Shown piece by piece: positions 19,543-29,241 of a stretch of 64,000 nucleotides of DNA (position 1 is the first letter of the stretch; the number at the start of each line of letters is the position of its first letter). The DNA lies in IMG/VR virus record IMGVR_UViG_3300046167_000801; one strand, 5' to 3'. Made by a program: the position numbers and the translations under genes. Below the pieces are notes generated by a model that saw only the letters and a program-made list of their open reading frames with translations, ran no database searches and was not told the DNA's origin. This DNA comes from a virus (Duplodnaviria; Caudoviricetes).

Positions 19543-20194
19543 ACACATTGATGAATCCATTGAGTGGGGGAATAGAGAGGTTTCTAAACTTAACCAAGAC
19601 GTACTCAACATTCACGGTATCACTAGTAACAAAGTTAGATGTTTCTTAAATAACCTATGTTCAATAGGTGGGACTTATTTGGAGATAGGTGTCTTCAGAG
19701 GAGCAACTTTTTGTTCATCAATCTACAATAATGATAATCTTCACAGTATAGGTATTGATAATTTTGCATCACCCAACCTTATGCCGATGGGTGTGAGTCA
19801 GAAATTAGCAACATATTTAAAACAAGGTATTGACACCCCACCACAAGAAGATTTTTTAAATAATGTTAAGAGGTTTGGAAAAACTGAACAGATTGACGTT
19901 TATAAAACAGACTATACCACATTTGATTACACCCAACTACCTAAGTTAGATATTATATTTTATGACGGGGATACTAAATTCCATGATCAGTATGTTACAC
20001 TTAAAAAATTAATCCCCCAATTCTCAGACAAAACAATACTCATAATGGATGATTGGAATTGGAACAGTGGTGCGTTAGATCGAGTGATACACGAGGAAAA
20101 ACTATTTGTGACCCATCAAAGAGAAATTTATACAAGTGGTGAGGATATGTCAGATTTTTGGAATGGATTGGGTATTTTTTTATTTGAAAGGTAG
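19529..20194 (+). CDS. Class I SAM-dependent methyltransferase (Methyltransf_24-like)
   Basis: YLEIGVFRGAT, IDNF, IIFYDGD, LIMDDWNW. Confidence 0.85.
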   Translation: MDLIKHIDESIEWGNREVSKLNQDVLNIHGITSNKVRCFLNNLCSIGGTYLEIGVFRGATFCSSIYNNDNLHSIGIDNFASPNLMPMGVSQKLATYLKQGIDTPPQEDFLNNVKRFGKTEQIDVYKTDYTTFDYTQLPKLDIIFYDGDTKFHDQYVTLKKLIPQFSDKTILIMDDWNWNSGALDRVIHEEKLFVTHQREIYTSGEDMSDFWNGLGIFLFER

Positions 20195-20245
20195 TTGACT
20201 ATTGTCTAAATTTTATTTATATTTTATCTAAATAAAAACATATAC

Positions 20246-21103
20246 ATGCAAAAATTAATATTATCAATATTGTTAGTGTTAGGAACACATCAATTATCGG
20301 CACAATACTCGGGACGAGCACTTAGTAATGGTCAACAAGACAGTACACAAGTTAAAAAATTAAACGAGGTTGTAGTTACAGCCAAAAAGTATAGTCAATT
20401 CGAATTAGTGGGTGAGAATAACCAACCCGCTTGGACATTAGTAAGAAAATTTCCATCAACCAGAACTTATATTATGGTCCCTAAGGGTACTGTGATGTAT
20501 GAAAAATGGTTCGATATGAGAACACCAAGAGGTGGTGACCCAACAGAAGTTAGAATGAGAGATGAGATTGCATTTGGTCTAGCTAATAGATTAGAGTTGG
20601 ATCTATATATTCACACAGTTTATAAATCTGATGGGTATGAATCTTCATACGGTTTCAGAGGGTTTTCGTGGGAGATAAGATACGCACTTGCCGAATGGGG
20701 TAAGATATGGGGTAATCCAACTTTGTACTTTGAACACAAATTATTGGATGGTAAATACCAAGGTATAGAACCAAAACTACTTTTAGGTGATCGTATTGGT
20801 AAAAGAGGAATATGGGGCGTAAACTTAATTTATGAGGCGTATACTGCACCAACACGAGAAGACCAAAAAAGAGAGTACGCTTATACCGCATCTTATGGTC
20901 AGGTAATAAATGATGATTTAACGATAGGTCTGTCTAACATGTTTAGACATAACGATGTAGATGGTTCAAATGAATGGTATGTTGGACCCGCACTACAATA
21001 TAGATTTAACGGTAATGCATATGTAAACTTTGAATTACTGCCAGGTCTTAATGAAGATGCGAAGAAGTTTAGAAATACCATTATTTTTGGATGGAGATTC
21101 TAA
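20246..21103 (+). CDS. Outer-membrane beta-barrel protein with signal peptide
   Basis: Sec-type signal (MQKLILSILLVLGTHQLSA), alternating aromatic beta-strands, C-terminal FGWRF. Confidence 0.7.
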   Translation: MQKLILSILLVLGTHQLSAQYSGRALSNGQQDSTQVKKLNEVVVTAKKYSQFELVGENNQPAWTLVRKFPSTRTYIMVPKGTVMYEKWFDMRTPRGGDPTEVRMRDEIAFGLANRLELDLYIHTVYKSDGYESSYGFRGFSWEIRYALAEWGKIWGNPTLYFEHKLLDGKYQGIEPKLLLGDRIGKRGIWGVNLIYEAYTAPTREDQKREYAYTASYGQVINDDLTIGLSNMFRHNDVDGSNEWYVGPALQYRFNGNAYVNFELLPGLNEDAKKFRNTIIFGWRF

Positions 21104-22104
21104 TTAAAAACCAAGACTTCCTACTTTACTTAGGATTCATTATGGTCATAACGGGAATCCTAAAAGAAAAGGGATACCTTACTGACGTATTTAGTCTTTT
21201 ACTAAAGACAGTGAAATCAAAGAAAATAGTTTTATTTCTAATTTCACTATTTGGTGGGGTTTTACCGATACCTGGTAGGGTTGCGGTTTCTGCGGGAATA
21301 CTCGATACAATTGCCCCAAAAGATAAGAGGGGTAGGGAGAATTATGGTATCATAGATTACCTATCAACACACCACTATTACATATGGTCACCTTTAGAGA
21401 AAACGGTAATCATACCTATGGCGATATTAGGTGTAACTTATGGAGAACTAATCAATATATTGTATCCACTTTTAATTATATCTTTATTAGTTATATGTGG
21501 TTTTATATATAAATTTGAAGACGGTAATATAGAAATACCAAAAATCCATAAGATCAATTATAAGAACGTTTATCTTATATTCTTACCGTTCATACTAACA
21601 TTGGTATTATCGGGTCTTACGGATCGTTATTTACCTTTATTTTGTGGTTTTACTCTGTACTTAGTCAGTTACTCTAACTCGTGGGGTAAATTACTTAAAC
21701 ACGTCAATTGGAAATTGGTAATTAGTGTAGGGGTTGTGATTGTATTTTCTAATTTCATATCTCAATACAATGAACAAATAAAAACATATTTAGAGGGGGT
21801 TACCACAACTTATAATATTTTTTTGGTTGGAGGTTTATGTTTCTTGAGTTCGTTCTTATTGGGGTCATCAGGTAAATACGCGGGAATAGTTTCAATAGTC
21901 AGCTCAATAGTGGGTATTGAATATTTTCTTTTCTTATTTACAATGTGTTACTCAGGTTATTTATTATCTCCAACACATAAGTGTGTTTACATAGGACAAC
22001 AATATTTTGGTACTCCCATAAAAAAATATATCTCATCCATTTCGGTATGGACAATAATTATGATAGTCTACAGTGTTTTAGACTTGACTTTTAAATTAAA
22101 ATAA
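21091..22104 (+). CDS. Multi-pass inner-membrane permease (ion-transporter superfamily, ArsB/CitM-like)
   Basis: About 10 hydrophobic segments. GGVLPIPGRVAVSAG, SSFLLGSSGKYAG and GYLLSPTHKC. Confidence 0.7.
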   Translation: MEILIKNQDFLLYLGFIMVITGILKEKGYLTDVFSLLLKTVKSKKIVLFLISLFGGVLPIPGRVAVSAGILDTIAPKDKRGRENYGIIDYLSTHHYYIWSPLEKTVIIPMAILGVTYGELINILYPLLIISLLVICGFIYKFEDGNIEIPKIHKINYKNVYLIFLPFILTLVLSGLTDRYLPLFCGFTLYLVSYSNSWGKLLKHVNWKLVISVGVVIVFSNFISQYNEQIKTYLEGVTTTYNIFLVGGLCFLSSFLLGSSGKYAGIVSIVSSIVGIEYFLFLFTMCYSGYLLSPTHKCVYIGQQYFGTPIKKYISSISVWTIIMIVYSVLDLTFKLK

Positions 22105-22129
22105 ACTATATTTCTAAAAAAATAACATT

Positions 22130-22573
22130 ATGTCAACAAAGTTAACAATCGATCAAATCTTACAATTAGATGCAGAAATAAACGGATATACCAATCCTCA
22201 AAATGGTGAAGTTATCTATGAAGGTTTTGCATCACAACCATTATCAATTCTTTTAAAATACGAACTCAGAGAATTGTCTGATAAATTAAAAGAAGAAAGA
22301 ACTAAGGTTGATGAATTAAGAAACGAACTAATTGAAAAATTTGGTGAAAAAACTGAAGAGGGTGGTATACAAATTACTCCTACAGTAGAACAAAAAAAGG
22401 GAAAGAAAACAGAAACGGTTAAAAATCCTAAGTATGTAGAATTCTTGAATGAATATAATAAGTTACTATCTAAGGAGATAGAGTTGGATCATCCTGTAAT
22501 CACTAAAGAAGATCTTAAAGATGCGGGTAAAACCAAAGACCAATATAACATCCTATTTAATTTGGTAGGATAA
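22130..22573 (+). CDS. Hypothetical phage protein (helical)
   Basis: Long ORF in good start context, no family recognised. Confidence 0.6.
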   Translation: MSTKLTIDQILQLDAEINGYTNPQNGEVIYEGFASQPLSILLKYELRELSDKLKEERTKVDELRNELIEKFGEKTEEGGIQITPTVEQKKGKKTETVKNPKYVEFLNEYNKLLSKEIELDHPVITKEDLKDAGKTKDQYNILFNLVG

Positions 22574-22574
22574 A

Positions 22575-23675
22575 TTAAACTTTTCTTTTAATCACAATTT
22601 TCAAATTTCCGATTTGATATTCCCCTACATCGTAGTGTGGAATTGATAATCGGATTTTGTTTATTACATGAAGATCTTCTTCGTTCATTGGTTCGGTCTC
22701 GATTATCGTAACATCCACCATATCAGTTAATAGAAATTTAGATCTTAAATCGTAGTTGGTATTAGGTTGTTCGTTTGCAATATATTCAGTGGGTGTGGTA
22801 CCCCCTAAATACAATTTATCAAAATAAGGTTCCAACTTATATAGGTGTCTATCACTCCTCAATTTAATACCCATATTAAAAGTGGGGTAATTAAAAATTT
22901 CGTCCTCCCAATAATACAGTTCATTAAAAGTGGGTATGGTAATCCCCCATTTACGTATAAAGTTACGTATGTTTCTGTGTTCACTTAATTTACTTTCTTC
23001 GGACCTTAATACTCTACTGGTTTTAGAAACAAAATGATATACTACGGCACATTCAGTTGTTTTAAGTAGGTAACCCTTTAATTTGGCTCTAATAATGAAA
23101 TCATCATCTTCACAGAAAAAAGGGTCAAAAGTAAAACCATCGAATAAACCAACATCAATAAATGTTTTCTTATAACCCGACATAAAAAATGTGGCCCCAT
23201 TAACTAATTCCTTTCTTTCCTTAACTTTGTCAACGTATTGATCAAACAAGTGGTAATTAAAATCATTAAACCCTCTACCCAATTCTAATATAACTTTACC
23301 AGGTCTCTTATGTCCCTTAAAAATAGGGGGTTCAATAGTGGTATATGTGATGAGAGACTTTTCATCAATTAGTTCTGATAAATTCTCTAAAAAATTCTTA
23401 CCGATCACCATATCATTATGAATCAAAACCAATTTATCAGTATCAACTAACTTGATCGCCGAATTATAATTGTCTGAGAAAGTTAATTGATCGTCATCAT
23501 GTATGTAGGAAAGGTTATCATCATCCAAAGACTGTAACCAATCTAATGTACCATCCGTAGACCCACCACTACTAATAACCATAGGGGCATCAGGGTATAT
23601 ATCCCTAATCCTTTTATGTGTATTCTTAGTATAATCTAAGTTATTAAAAACGGCAAGTACTAAAGAGATATCCAT
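22575..23675 (-). CDS. Glycosyltransferase family 2
   Basis: ISLVLAVFNN, SSGGSTDGT, LIHNDM, FCEDDDF. Confidence 0.85.
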   Translation of the reverse strand: MDISLVLAVFNNLDYTKNTHKRIRDIYPDAPMVISSGGSTDGTLDWLQSLDDDNLSYIHDDDQLTFSDNYNSAIKLVDTDKLVLIHNDMVIGKNFLENLSELIDEKSLITYTTIEPPIFKGHKRPGKVILELGRGFNDFNYHLFDQYVDKVKERKELVNGATFFMSGYKKTFIDVGLFDGFTFDPFFCEDDDFIIRAKLKGYLLKTTECAVVYHFVSKTSRVLRSEESKLSEHRNIRNFIRKWGITIPTFNELYYWEDEIFNYPTFNMGIKLRSDRHLYKLEPYFDKLYLGGTTPTEYIANEQPNTNYDLRSKFLLTDMVDVTIIETEPMNEEDLHVINKIRLSIPHYDVGEYQIGNLKIVIKRKV

Positions 23676-24277
23676 TACTTATTGGTGTTATCGAATATTG
23701 AAATGAATAGTCGTTCGAAGATCCACGGACCTAATACTTTATTGACACATAATTCATTAGCCCTTTTATAAAACTCCACACTTCTCATTCTGATAGTGTC
23801 TCTACTAACCGCAAATATTGCACCGGCGGTAAATGGATATAGTTCAAGAGGTGGATTTTCAAATAGTTCTACCCAAACACCATTTATGTCCATACCTCCG
23901 TGATGGGGAGTCCCGTTTGGTCTCGAATGTAAAACTCTTTTAAAGGGTCCATCACTAAAAAATAGTAACTCATTAGGTTTTTCAAAAACCACTGATTTGG
24001 TAATATTTGGAAACTCTTTTAAAACCTCTTTGTAATTTCTAACGTGATCAAATGGGTGTCCTTGAGTAAAGAATACCCACTCACCTAAATTATCATAATT
24101 TTTTATTATGTGGGTTAGATAGGTGTTACCTTCTCGACCAACGTTAGGTAAATTAATTGAACCTTCGATAGGTTCCCCTTTATTATATAAGAAAATTCTA
24201 TAATCAGAAAACTCTGATAACCAAGATATGTCTTCTCTATATCTACTTACTATTAAATCACCTTTGTAGTTCATCAT
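23675..24277 (-). CDS. DUF3431-like protein (GT-A-like)
   Basis: IVSRYREDISWL, LPNVGREGNTYLTHII.NYD.L, FTQGHPFDH, FERL. Confidence 0.75.
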   Translation of the reverse strand: MMNYKGDLIVSRYREDISWLSEFSDYRIFLYNKGEPIEGSINLPNVGREGNTYLTHIIKNYDNLGEWVFFTQGHPFDHVRNYKEVLKEFPNITKSVVFEKPNELLFFSDGPFKRVLHSRPNGTPHHGGMDINGVWVELFENPPLELYPFTAGAIFAVSRDTIRMRSVEFYKRANELCVNKVLGPWIFERLFISIFDNTNK

Positions 24278-24887
24278 AATAGTTATTTTGTTTTTCTTGT
24301 TTCTTAATATCTTTATGATGTATTAGTGAAAATGTTTCGTCCTCAGGTAAGTTGGTGTACGTGTTATAGTTTACTAACCTTTCATGTACCTTACCATACC
24401 ATCTTATCCTACCCTCTCTTTTCCATATTCTTGTTTGTGCGTCAGGAAAATTAACCCATCCTTTTGAGTTTACATTCCATCCCCACTTCTTAATGTGCTC
24501 TTCCGTCAAACCCTCAACAGTGTTTACTCTTGAAATTAAGAATACTTCGTTTTTAGGGTTGGCCTCAAGTATCGTTGGTAGGTAATTAATTAAATTTGTA
24601 TGAGGCATTTCATCTGCATCGATTTGAAAAATATAATCACCGTTACAGTAATCTGAAAGTTCATTCTTCCACTCACCAAAATGACCTTCAAAGAAACCTC
24701 TCCACATTTGGAAGTTAGGTAACTTATTATGTTTAATTAACCATTCAGCAATCTCCTCAGAACCATTTTTATGATCGTACAAAATGACTATCTCATCTTT
24801 AGGTCTTTTAATTCTAAGTAGAAATTCAACCAATCGTTTTATTTCCTCGAATTCATTACAGACAGTTATAGCATAACTAATTTTCAT
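24258..24887 (-). CDS. Glycosyltransferase family 2
   Basis: ISYAITVCNE, IFQIDADE, FPD.Q.RI, W.GKVHE. Confidence 0.85.
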   Translation of the reverse strand: MKISYAITVCNEFEEIKRLVEFLLRIKRPKDEIVILYDHKNGSEEIAEWLIKHNKLPNFQMWRGFFEGHFGEWKNELSDYCNGDYIFQIDADEMPHTNLINYLPTILEANPKNEVFLISRVNTVEGLTEEHIKKWGWNVNSKGWVNFPDAQTRIWKREGRIRWYGKVHERLVNYNTYTNLPEDETFSLIHHKDIKKQEKQNNYYDELQR

Positions 24888-25736
24888 CTATAAGGTTTTT
24901 ATATAGTCTTCCAATCTATCTTTAGGTGACCAACCTAATTTATTTAAAGTATCGTCATTCTCTCTTTTAGTGGATCTATAATTACCTGGTTGATCAGGTA
25001 TATTAATTTTTGGGTGATCACCAAACCTTTCAGTAAACATATTGTAAACTTGATTTATTGAGTAATTCATACCTGTTCCTAATTCCCATGCATCTTCATG
25101 TTTTTCATTTCCTGTACCCACTTTATAAAGTGCGTCAACGATGTCAATAACATGAGTGAAATCTCTTCTTTGTTCCCCATCACCAACTATCGTAATAGGT
25201 TCCCCTTTTGATACTTGGTGTCTCCATATACCTATCACTGCAGCCCATGTACCATCCACCAATTCGTTAGGACCATACACGTTATAAAATCTACAGATCT
25301 CGAAGTCACAACCATAAGCGGTTCTGTACATTTTGAATATATCTTCACCTGTTCTCTTATAAGTTGCGTACGGAGATGTTTGAGGGTTGCACCATCTTGA
25401 GGAGGAACCCGCATAAACCACTTTAATATTGTTTTCCTTAGCCCAATCAGCAACATACTGACAACCACCAGCATTAACTCTAAATGTTTCAGTAGGGTCA
25501 TCAAACGAGGGTTGTATTCTTGACAACGCAGCTAAATGATAACATATATCAAAATTACCACCTATCGAATTGATTTGTTCGATGTCATTGTAATGGTAAT
25601 CACACCCATCTATTTCGTATTCTTTTAATCCCGTAGATAGGTCATCAATTGAGGACACTTCGTGACCCTCATCCATTAATCTACTGATTAAATTGGAACC
25701 AATAAACCCGTTCCCTCCTGTTACTAAAATTTTCAT
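24888..25736 (-). CDS. NAD-dependent epimerase/dehydratase (extended SDR)
   Basis: ILVTGGNGFIGS, YATYK (YxxxK), RFYNVYGP, GDGEQRRDFTHV. Confidence 0.92.
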   Translation of the reverse strand: MKILVTGGNGFIGSNLISRLMDEGHEVSSIDDLSTGLKEYEIDGCDYHYNDIEQINSIGGNFDICYHLAALSRIQPSFDDPTETFRVNAGGCQYVADWAKENNIKVVYAGSSSRWCNPQTSPYATYKRTGEDIFKMYRTAYGCDFEICRFYNVYGPNELVDGTWAAVIGIWRHQVSKGEPITIVGDGEQRRDFTHVIDIVDALYKVGTGNEKHEDAWELGTGMNYSINQVYNMFTERFGDHPKINIPDQPGNYRSTKRENDDTLNKLGWSPKDRLEDYIKTL

Positions 25737-25740
25737 ACTA

Positions 25741-27003
25741 TTAATCTATTTTTTTTAATTCAGGTAAAACCAATTTAGTTTTCTTTGGTTTAACCTCGTT
25801 TATTATTACTGTTTTTAAAATTTCTTCAAATCTAATTGTTGTGGACTCTAATGAGAAGTTTTCATTATTTTCATCTCTGAGTATTTTAGATTTATCTAAA
25901 AATTCATCGTACTTCTCTTCTACTATTTTAAAGACCTCAACAACCTCATTGTAATTACACGTAAACCATTTTGACTCTTTAAGTATAAAATCATCGGCAG
26001 CACTCTCATGTACTTTAGTTAATTTACCTCCTAACATTATTGCCTTATCCATCGGTAAGAAATCCTTATGTCCTGACCAGTTAGATGCAATAATTGGTTT
26101 ACCCGTCATGGAAAATTCTAATAGGGGTCTACCAAAACCCTCACCCTTTGTTAGTGTTACCATAGATTTTACTTTGGGGTGATTATACAAATCATTCATC
26201 TCATCATCAGTTAGTTGACCAAATAATAGATATACGTTAGGTGGGTTACTGTAGGTTGATGTAATTCTTTGTATTTTTTTTCTCATAACTTCCCTTTGTT
26301 TAATAGAGAAGTTAGCACTAGACGTCTTTAAAATCAATCCTGGTGCGTCTTCCACATCATTGAATGATTCACAAAAACATTTAATTAACATACCCACATC
26401 TTTTCTATCTTGACCGAGATCACCCTTCAACCAATGACCAACAAACAAATAATTAAAATCGTTTTCTAATTCTAATTTTAAGTTGGATTCTTTTTCATAG
26501 TATATTGAAGTGTCCACACCTTCATGAAGAACGTCTAAATCTACGTTTACTTTATGTTGAGATATTAATTTACCTGTGACCTTATCTGTTTCATTATAAA
26601 CTGTTTGTAATAACACATCTCTCGAAAACGTCGATGTGGTTATAACTTTATCCATCCTATTTATCCCATCTATCCACTCCTTAGGTGCTGCGGTGGTCTC
26701 TATCCCTGCGGTTATACCAATATTGTACTTACCTTTTCTTTGAAATTCATTAGGTACGGTGACTTGAACATATATGTCAGGATGAAAATCTAAACTATCT
26801 ATTATGTTCTCTTCGATCCAAGAATGAAATAGATTAACTTCAGGTTCTAATGCGGTCATAGGGGTCTTTCCCCAATTACAACTATCAATGTAGATATCGA
26901 ATTTATCCATATCATATAAGGACTTCAATAAATCTCTTGAATGTGAACCGTAACCACTTAAAGTTTTGACTGGTCCTCTAAATAATAGTTTCTGTTTAAT
27001 CAT
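25741..27003 (-). CDS. Glycosyltransferase family 4 (GT-B)
   Basis: SGYGSHSR, FVGHW....RKDVG.L, KGEGFGRPLLE, ASNWSGH.DF. Confidence 0.85.
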   Translation of the reverse strand: MIKQKLLFRGPVKTLSGYGSHSRDLLKSLYDMDKFDIYIDSCNWGKTPMTALEPEVNLFHSWIEENIIDSLDFHPDIYVQVTVPNEFQRKGKYNIGITAGIETTAAPKEWIDGINRMDKVITTSTFSRDVLLQTVYNETDKVTGKLISQHKVNVDLDVLHEGVDTSIYYEKESNLKLELENDFNYLFVGHWLKGDLGQDRKDVGMLIKCFCESFNDVEDAPGLILKTSSANFSIKQREVMRKKIQRITSTYSNPPNVYLLFGQLTDDEMNDLYNHPKVKSMVTLTKGEGFGRPLLEFSMTGKPIIASNWSGHKDFLPMDKAIMLGGKLTKVHESAADDFILKESKWFTCNYNEVVEVFKIVEEKYDEFLDKSKILRDENNENFSLESTTIRFEEILKTVIINEVKPKKTKLVLPELKKID

Positions 27004-27009
27004 GTTGAT

Positions 27010-27246
27010 TTAATCTTCGGTTTGTTTATTTATAAACTCTTGAGGAAAATATTTCGTTAAGGTTGATAATTTATCATCAGCATCAACCAACATTGATAAC
27101 GCCTCCTCTGCGTTTTTATAGAAGTCACCTGTTGAGTGATCCCCAATACCTGATCCTTTGTTACCTAAAAGATCTAAAGTTAATAACGCTTTTGATTTTT
27201 CTGCCAAGGCGTTAGTTCTTAGCATATCGATTAATTTAGTGTTCAT
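27010..27246 (-). CDS. Conserved small phage protein
   Basis: ORF inside the GT operon with motif GIGDHS. Confidence 0.6.
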   Translation of the reverse strand: MNTKLIDMLRTNALAEKSKALLTLDLLGNKGSGIGDHSTGDFYKNAEEALSMLVDADDKLSTLTKYFPQEFINKQTED

Positions 27247-27248
27247 AG

Positions 27249-28625
27249 TTATGTTATTTTAAATAATTCAAAATTTTTCTTAGGTGTGAATTTAGTTAAG
27301 GCGTTCTCCATACCTTTAATTAATGATTCACACATAGTTTTAGTTGAAAAGTTCTTTATCATGTATTTTCTACCTACAAGACCTCTTCTTTTTCTTTCCT
27401 CTCTACCTAAATCGTACATCTTCTGTATTGATGAAACAACATCATAATGATTTATCCTATCATCAAATATGTAAGGTGTATTAATTGACCCGTTAAGAGT
27501 TGTAGATGCGGGCCACACAGGACTAACCCACTCACCGTGAGTAACTTTATCTTCCCATTTTTTAGGATCATGAAGTGTACCTATATCAATGTAATCACCT
27601 GCAGTTAGTGGTTTACCATCTAATTTAAAACCACATTGATCTTGTAATCCACCAGTGACGTTTACTATTATTGGGGTACCCGACATTACAGACTCTGCGG
27701 TGGTTAGACCAAAACCTTCATTGTTAGCAATGTTTATTGTACAATCTACTGTGTTGTATATTCTATTTAATTTATCCTGATCGAATTTATCGTTGGTGAA
27801 TTTAACATCATACTTAGGACATAATTCATTGACGACAGCAACCAAGTCAGTACCGTTTTTATCTATTGACCTTGTATGCATCAGGAGTAAACACTTACTC
27901 GCATCCTCTTCTGAAAGAGTATCACAAAATGTTTTGTATGAATAAATTACATCAGATGGTTGTTTACGTTTGATGTTTCTGTTATTAAAGAATAATATGA
28001 AATCATAGTCTTTGTCACCATGAATAAATTTTTTCATCTCATCATCAACCTCTACGGGTTTGAATGTGTCTGGATTTATACCGTGAGGTACGTAACTTAC
28101 CTGCCACTTTTTCAATGGGTTGTGAGTACTTTCCCTTTTAGACATACCAACTCTATTAACAATTCCATAGGTTTGTTTGGAGATACACCCCAACCAATCA
28201 CAAGATTCATAGTAATCTCTATTGTAATAAGGATCTGGTAAATCGTCCCATATATGATAAAAGAAAATTGGTACTTGTTGTCTTATTTCATGTTCGTTAT
28301 CGTACAACCATTGCCAGTAATGTGGGTCAGTAAAATGTAATATTGCGTCAGGTTTCTCTATAGAGATTAATTCTCTTAACCTTTCGATATTACCATAACC
28401 ATTAGATGGGTATATTTTTACATTTGCATCTTTGACACCAGTTTTATTTCTAACATCATTATTAAGATCTACAATCTTACCGAATTCAGGGTGTTTTATT
28501 GCCGCACCTAATTGAACCCAATCAAATTTATCGACTGTACCGATAACCATCTCTTTTGACATGGTCGCCACACCTGAAGTCATTCTCATGTCGTCAGATA
28601 AAAGTAAAATCTTTTTCTTACTCAT
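27249..28625 (-). CDS. Glycosyltransferase family 4 (GT-B)
   Basis: SGVATM, NNRNIKRKQ, NEGFGL..AE..M.GTPII..TGGL.DQ. Confidence 0.88.
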   Translation of the reverse strand: MSKKKILLLSDDMRMTSGVATMSKEMVIGTVDKFDWVQLGAAIKHPEFGKIVDLNNDVRNKTGVKDANVKIYPSNGYGNIERLRELISIEKPDAILHFTDPHYWQWLYDNEHEIRQQVPIFFYHIWDDLPDPYYNRDYYESCDWLGCISKQTYGIVNRVGMSKRESTHNPLKKWQVSYVPHGINPDTFKPVEVDDEMKKFIHGDKDYDFILFFNNRNIKRKQPSDVIYSYKTFCDTLSEEDASKCLLLMHTRSIDKNGTDLVAVVNELCPKYDVKFTNDKFDQDKLNRIYNTVDCTINIANNEGFGLTTAESVMSGTPIIVNVTGGLQDQCGFKLDGKPLTAGDYIDIGTLHDPKKWEDKVTHGEWVSPVWPASTTLNGSINTPYIFDDRINHYDVVSSIQKMYDLGREERKRRGLVGRKYMIKNFSTKTMCESLIKGMENALTKFTPKKNFELFKIT

Positions 28626-28628
28626 AAA

Positions 28629-28832
28629 TTAAAATCTTGAACCACTAACGGCTAAAACATTATGACTATCAATTAGACCTCTAAATTCTTCATTGGTGTT
28701 ATATAAATCTAAAGAACGATTTACCAATTTTTGAAAGTTAAGTCCATCAGTCTCTATCGTCTTGATTCTGAATTGTTTGTAAGTGTTTTCTATAACGTTA
28801 ACAGTAGTTAACTTTGTCTTTGCTTTACTCAT
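28629..28832 (-). CDS. Small protein, possibly ribbon-helix-helix DNA-binding
   Basis: LTTVNV strand followed by two helices (FQKLVNRSLDLY). Sits at the head of the GT operon. Confidence 0.45.
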   Translation of the reverse strand: MSKAKTKLTTVNVIENTYKQFRIKTIETDGLNFQKLVNRSLDLYNTNEEFRGLIDSHNVLAVSGSRF

Positions 28833-28867
28833 ACTTGTATATATTTCTATATATATAGTTTATATCA

Positions 28868-28901
28868 AAAAAATACCACTGCAGAATAATACTGTGGTAT
28901 T
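28868..28901 (-). terminator. Intrinsic terminator for minus-strand transcription
   Basis: AATACCAC/GTGGTATT stem preceded on + by an A-run (U-tract on -). Lies downstream of the 28931-29053 ORF. Confidence 0.5.
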
Positions 28902-28930
28902 AATTAGATTCATAAATCCACGTACGTGGA

Positions 28931-29053
28931 CTACGAATTTTTCTTTGCCTCTTCTACCTTTACTATTACAGGACTGTTCGGTTCCTGTTGAATAATTTTA
29001 GTTGTCTGACTGGTTGTCTGTTGTGTTTTCTTTTTTTTACATCCACATCCCAT
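28931..29053 (-). CDS. Small MGCGCKK-type protein (40 aa)
   Basis: Read by hand: MGCGCKKKKTQQTTSQTTKIIQQEPNSPVIVKVEEAKKNS. Confidence 0.6.
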   Translation of the reverse strand: MGCGCKKKKTQQTTSQTTKIIQQEPNSPVIVKVEEAKKNS

Positions 29054-29241
29054 AATATAAAGTGTTTTATAATAATTATTTGGTTTATTAAAAAGTATCA
29101 CTACTTCTTGTATAGTATAAATATTTTAAAATGATTTATCAATAGTTAACTCAAATAAAAAATCCCACTTATTTTCTTTAGGGGGGGTTTCTTTTCTAAT
29201 TTATTTTATGTATATTTTATTATAATCAAACTCAGAATAGA

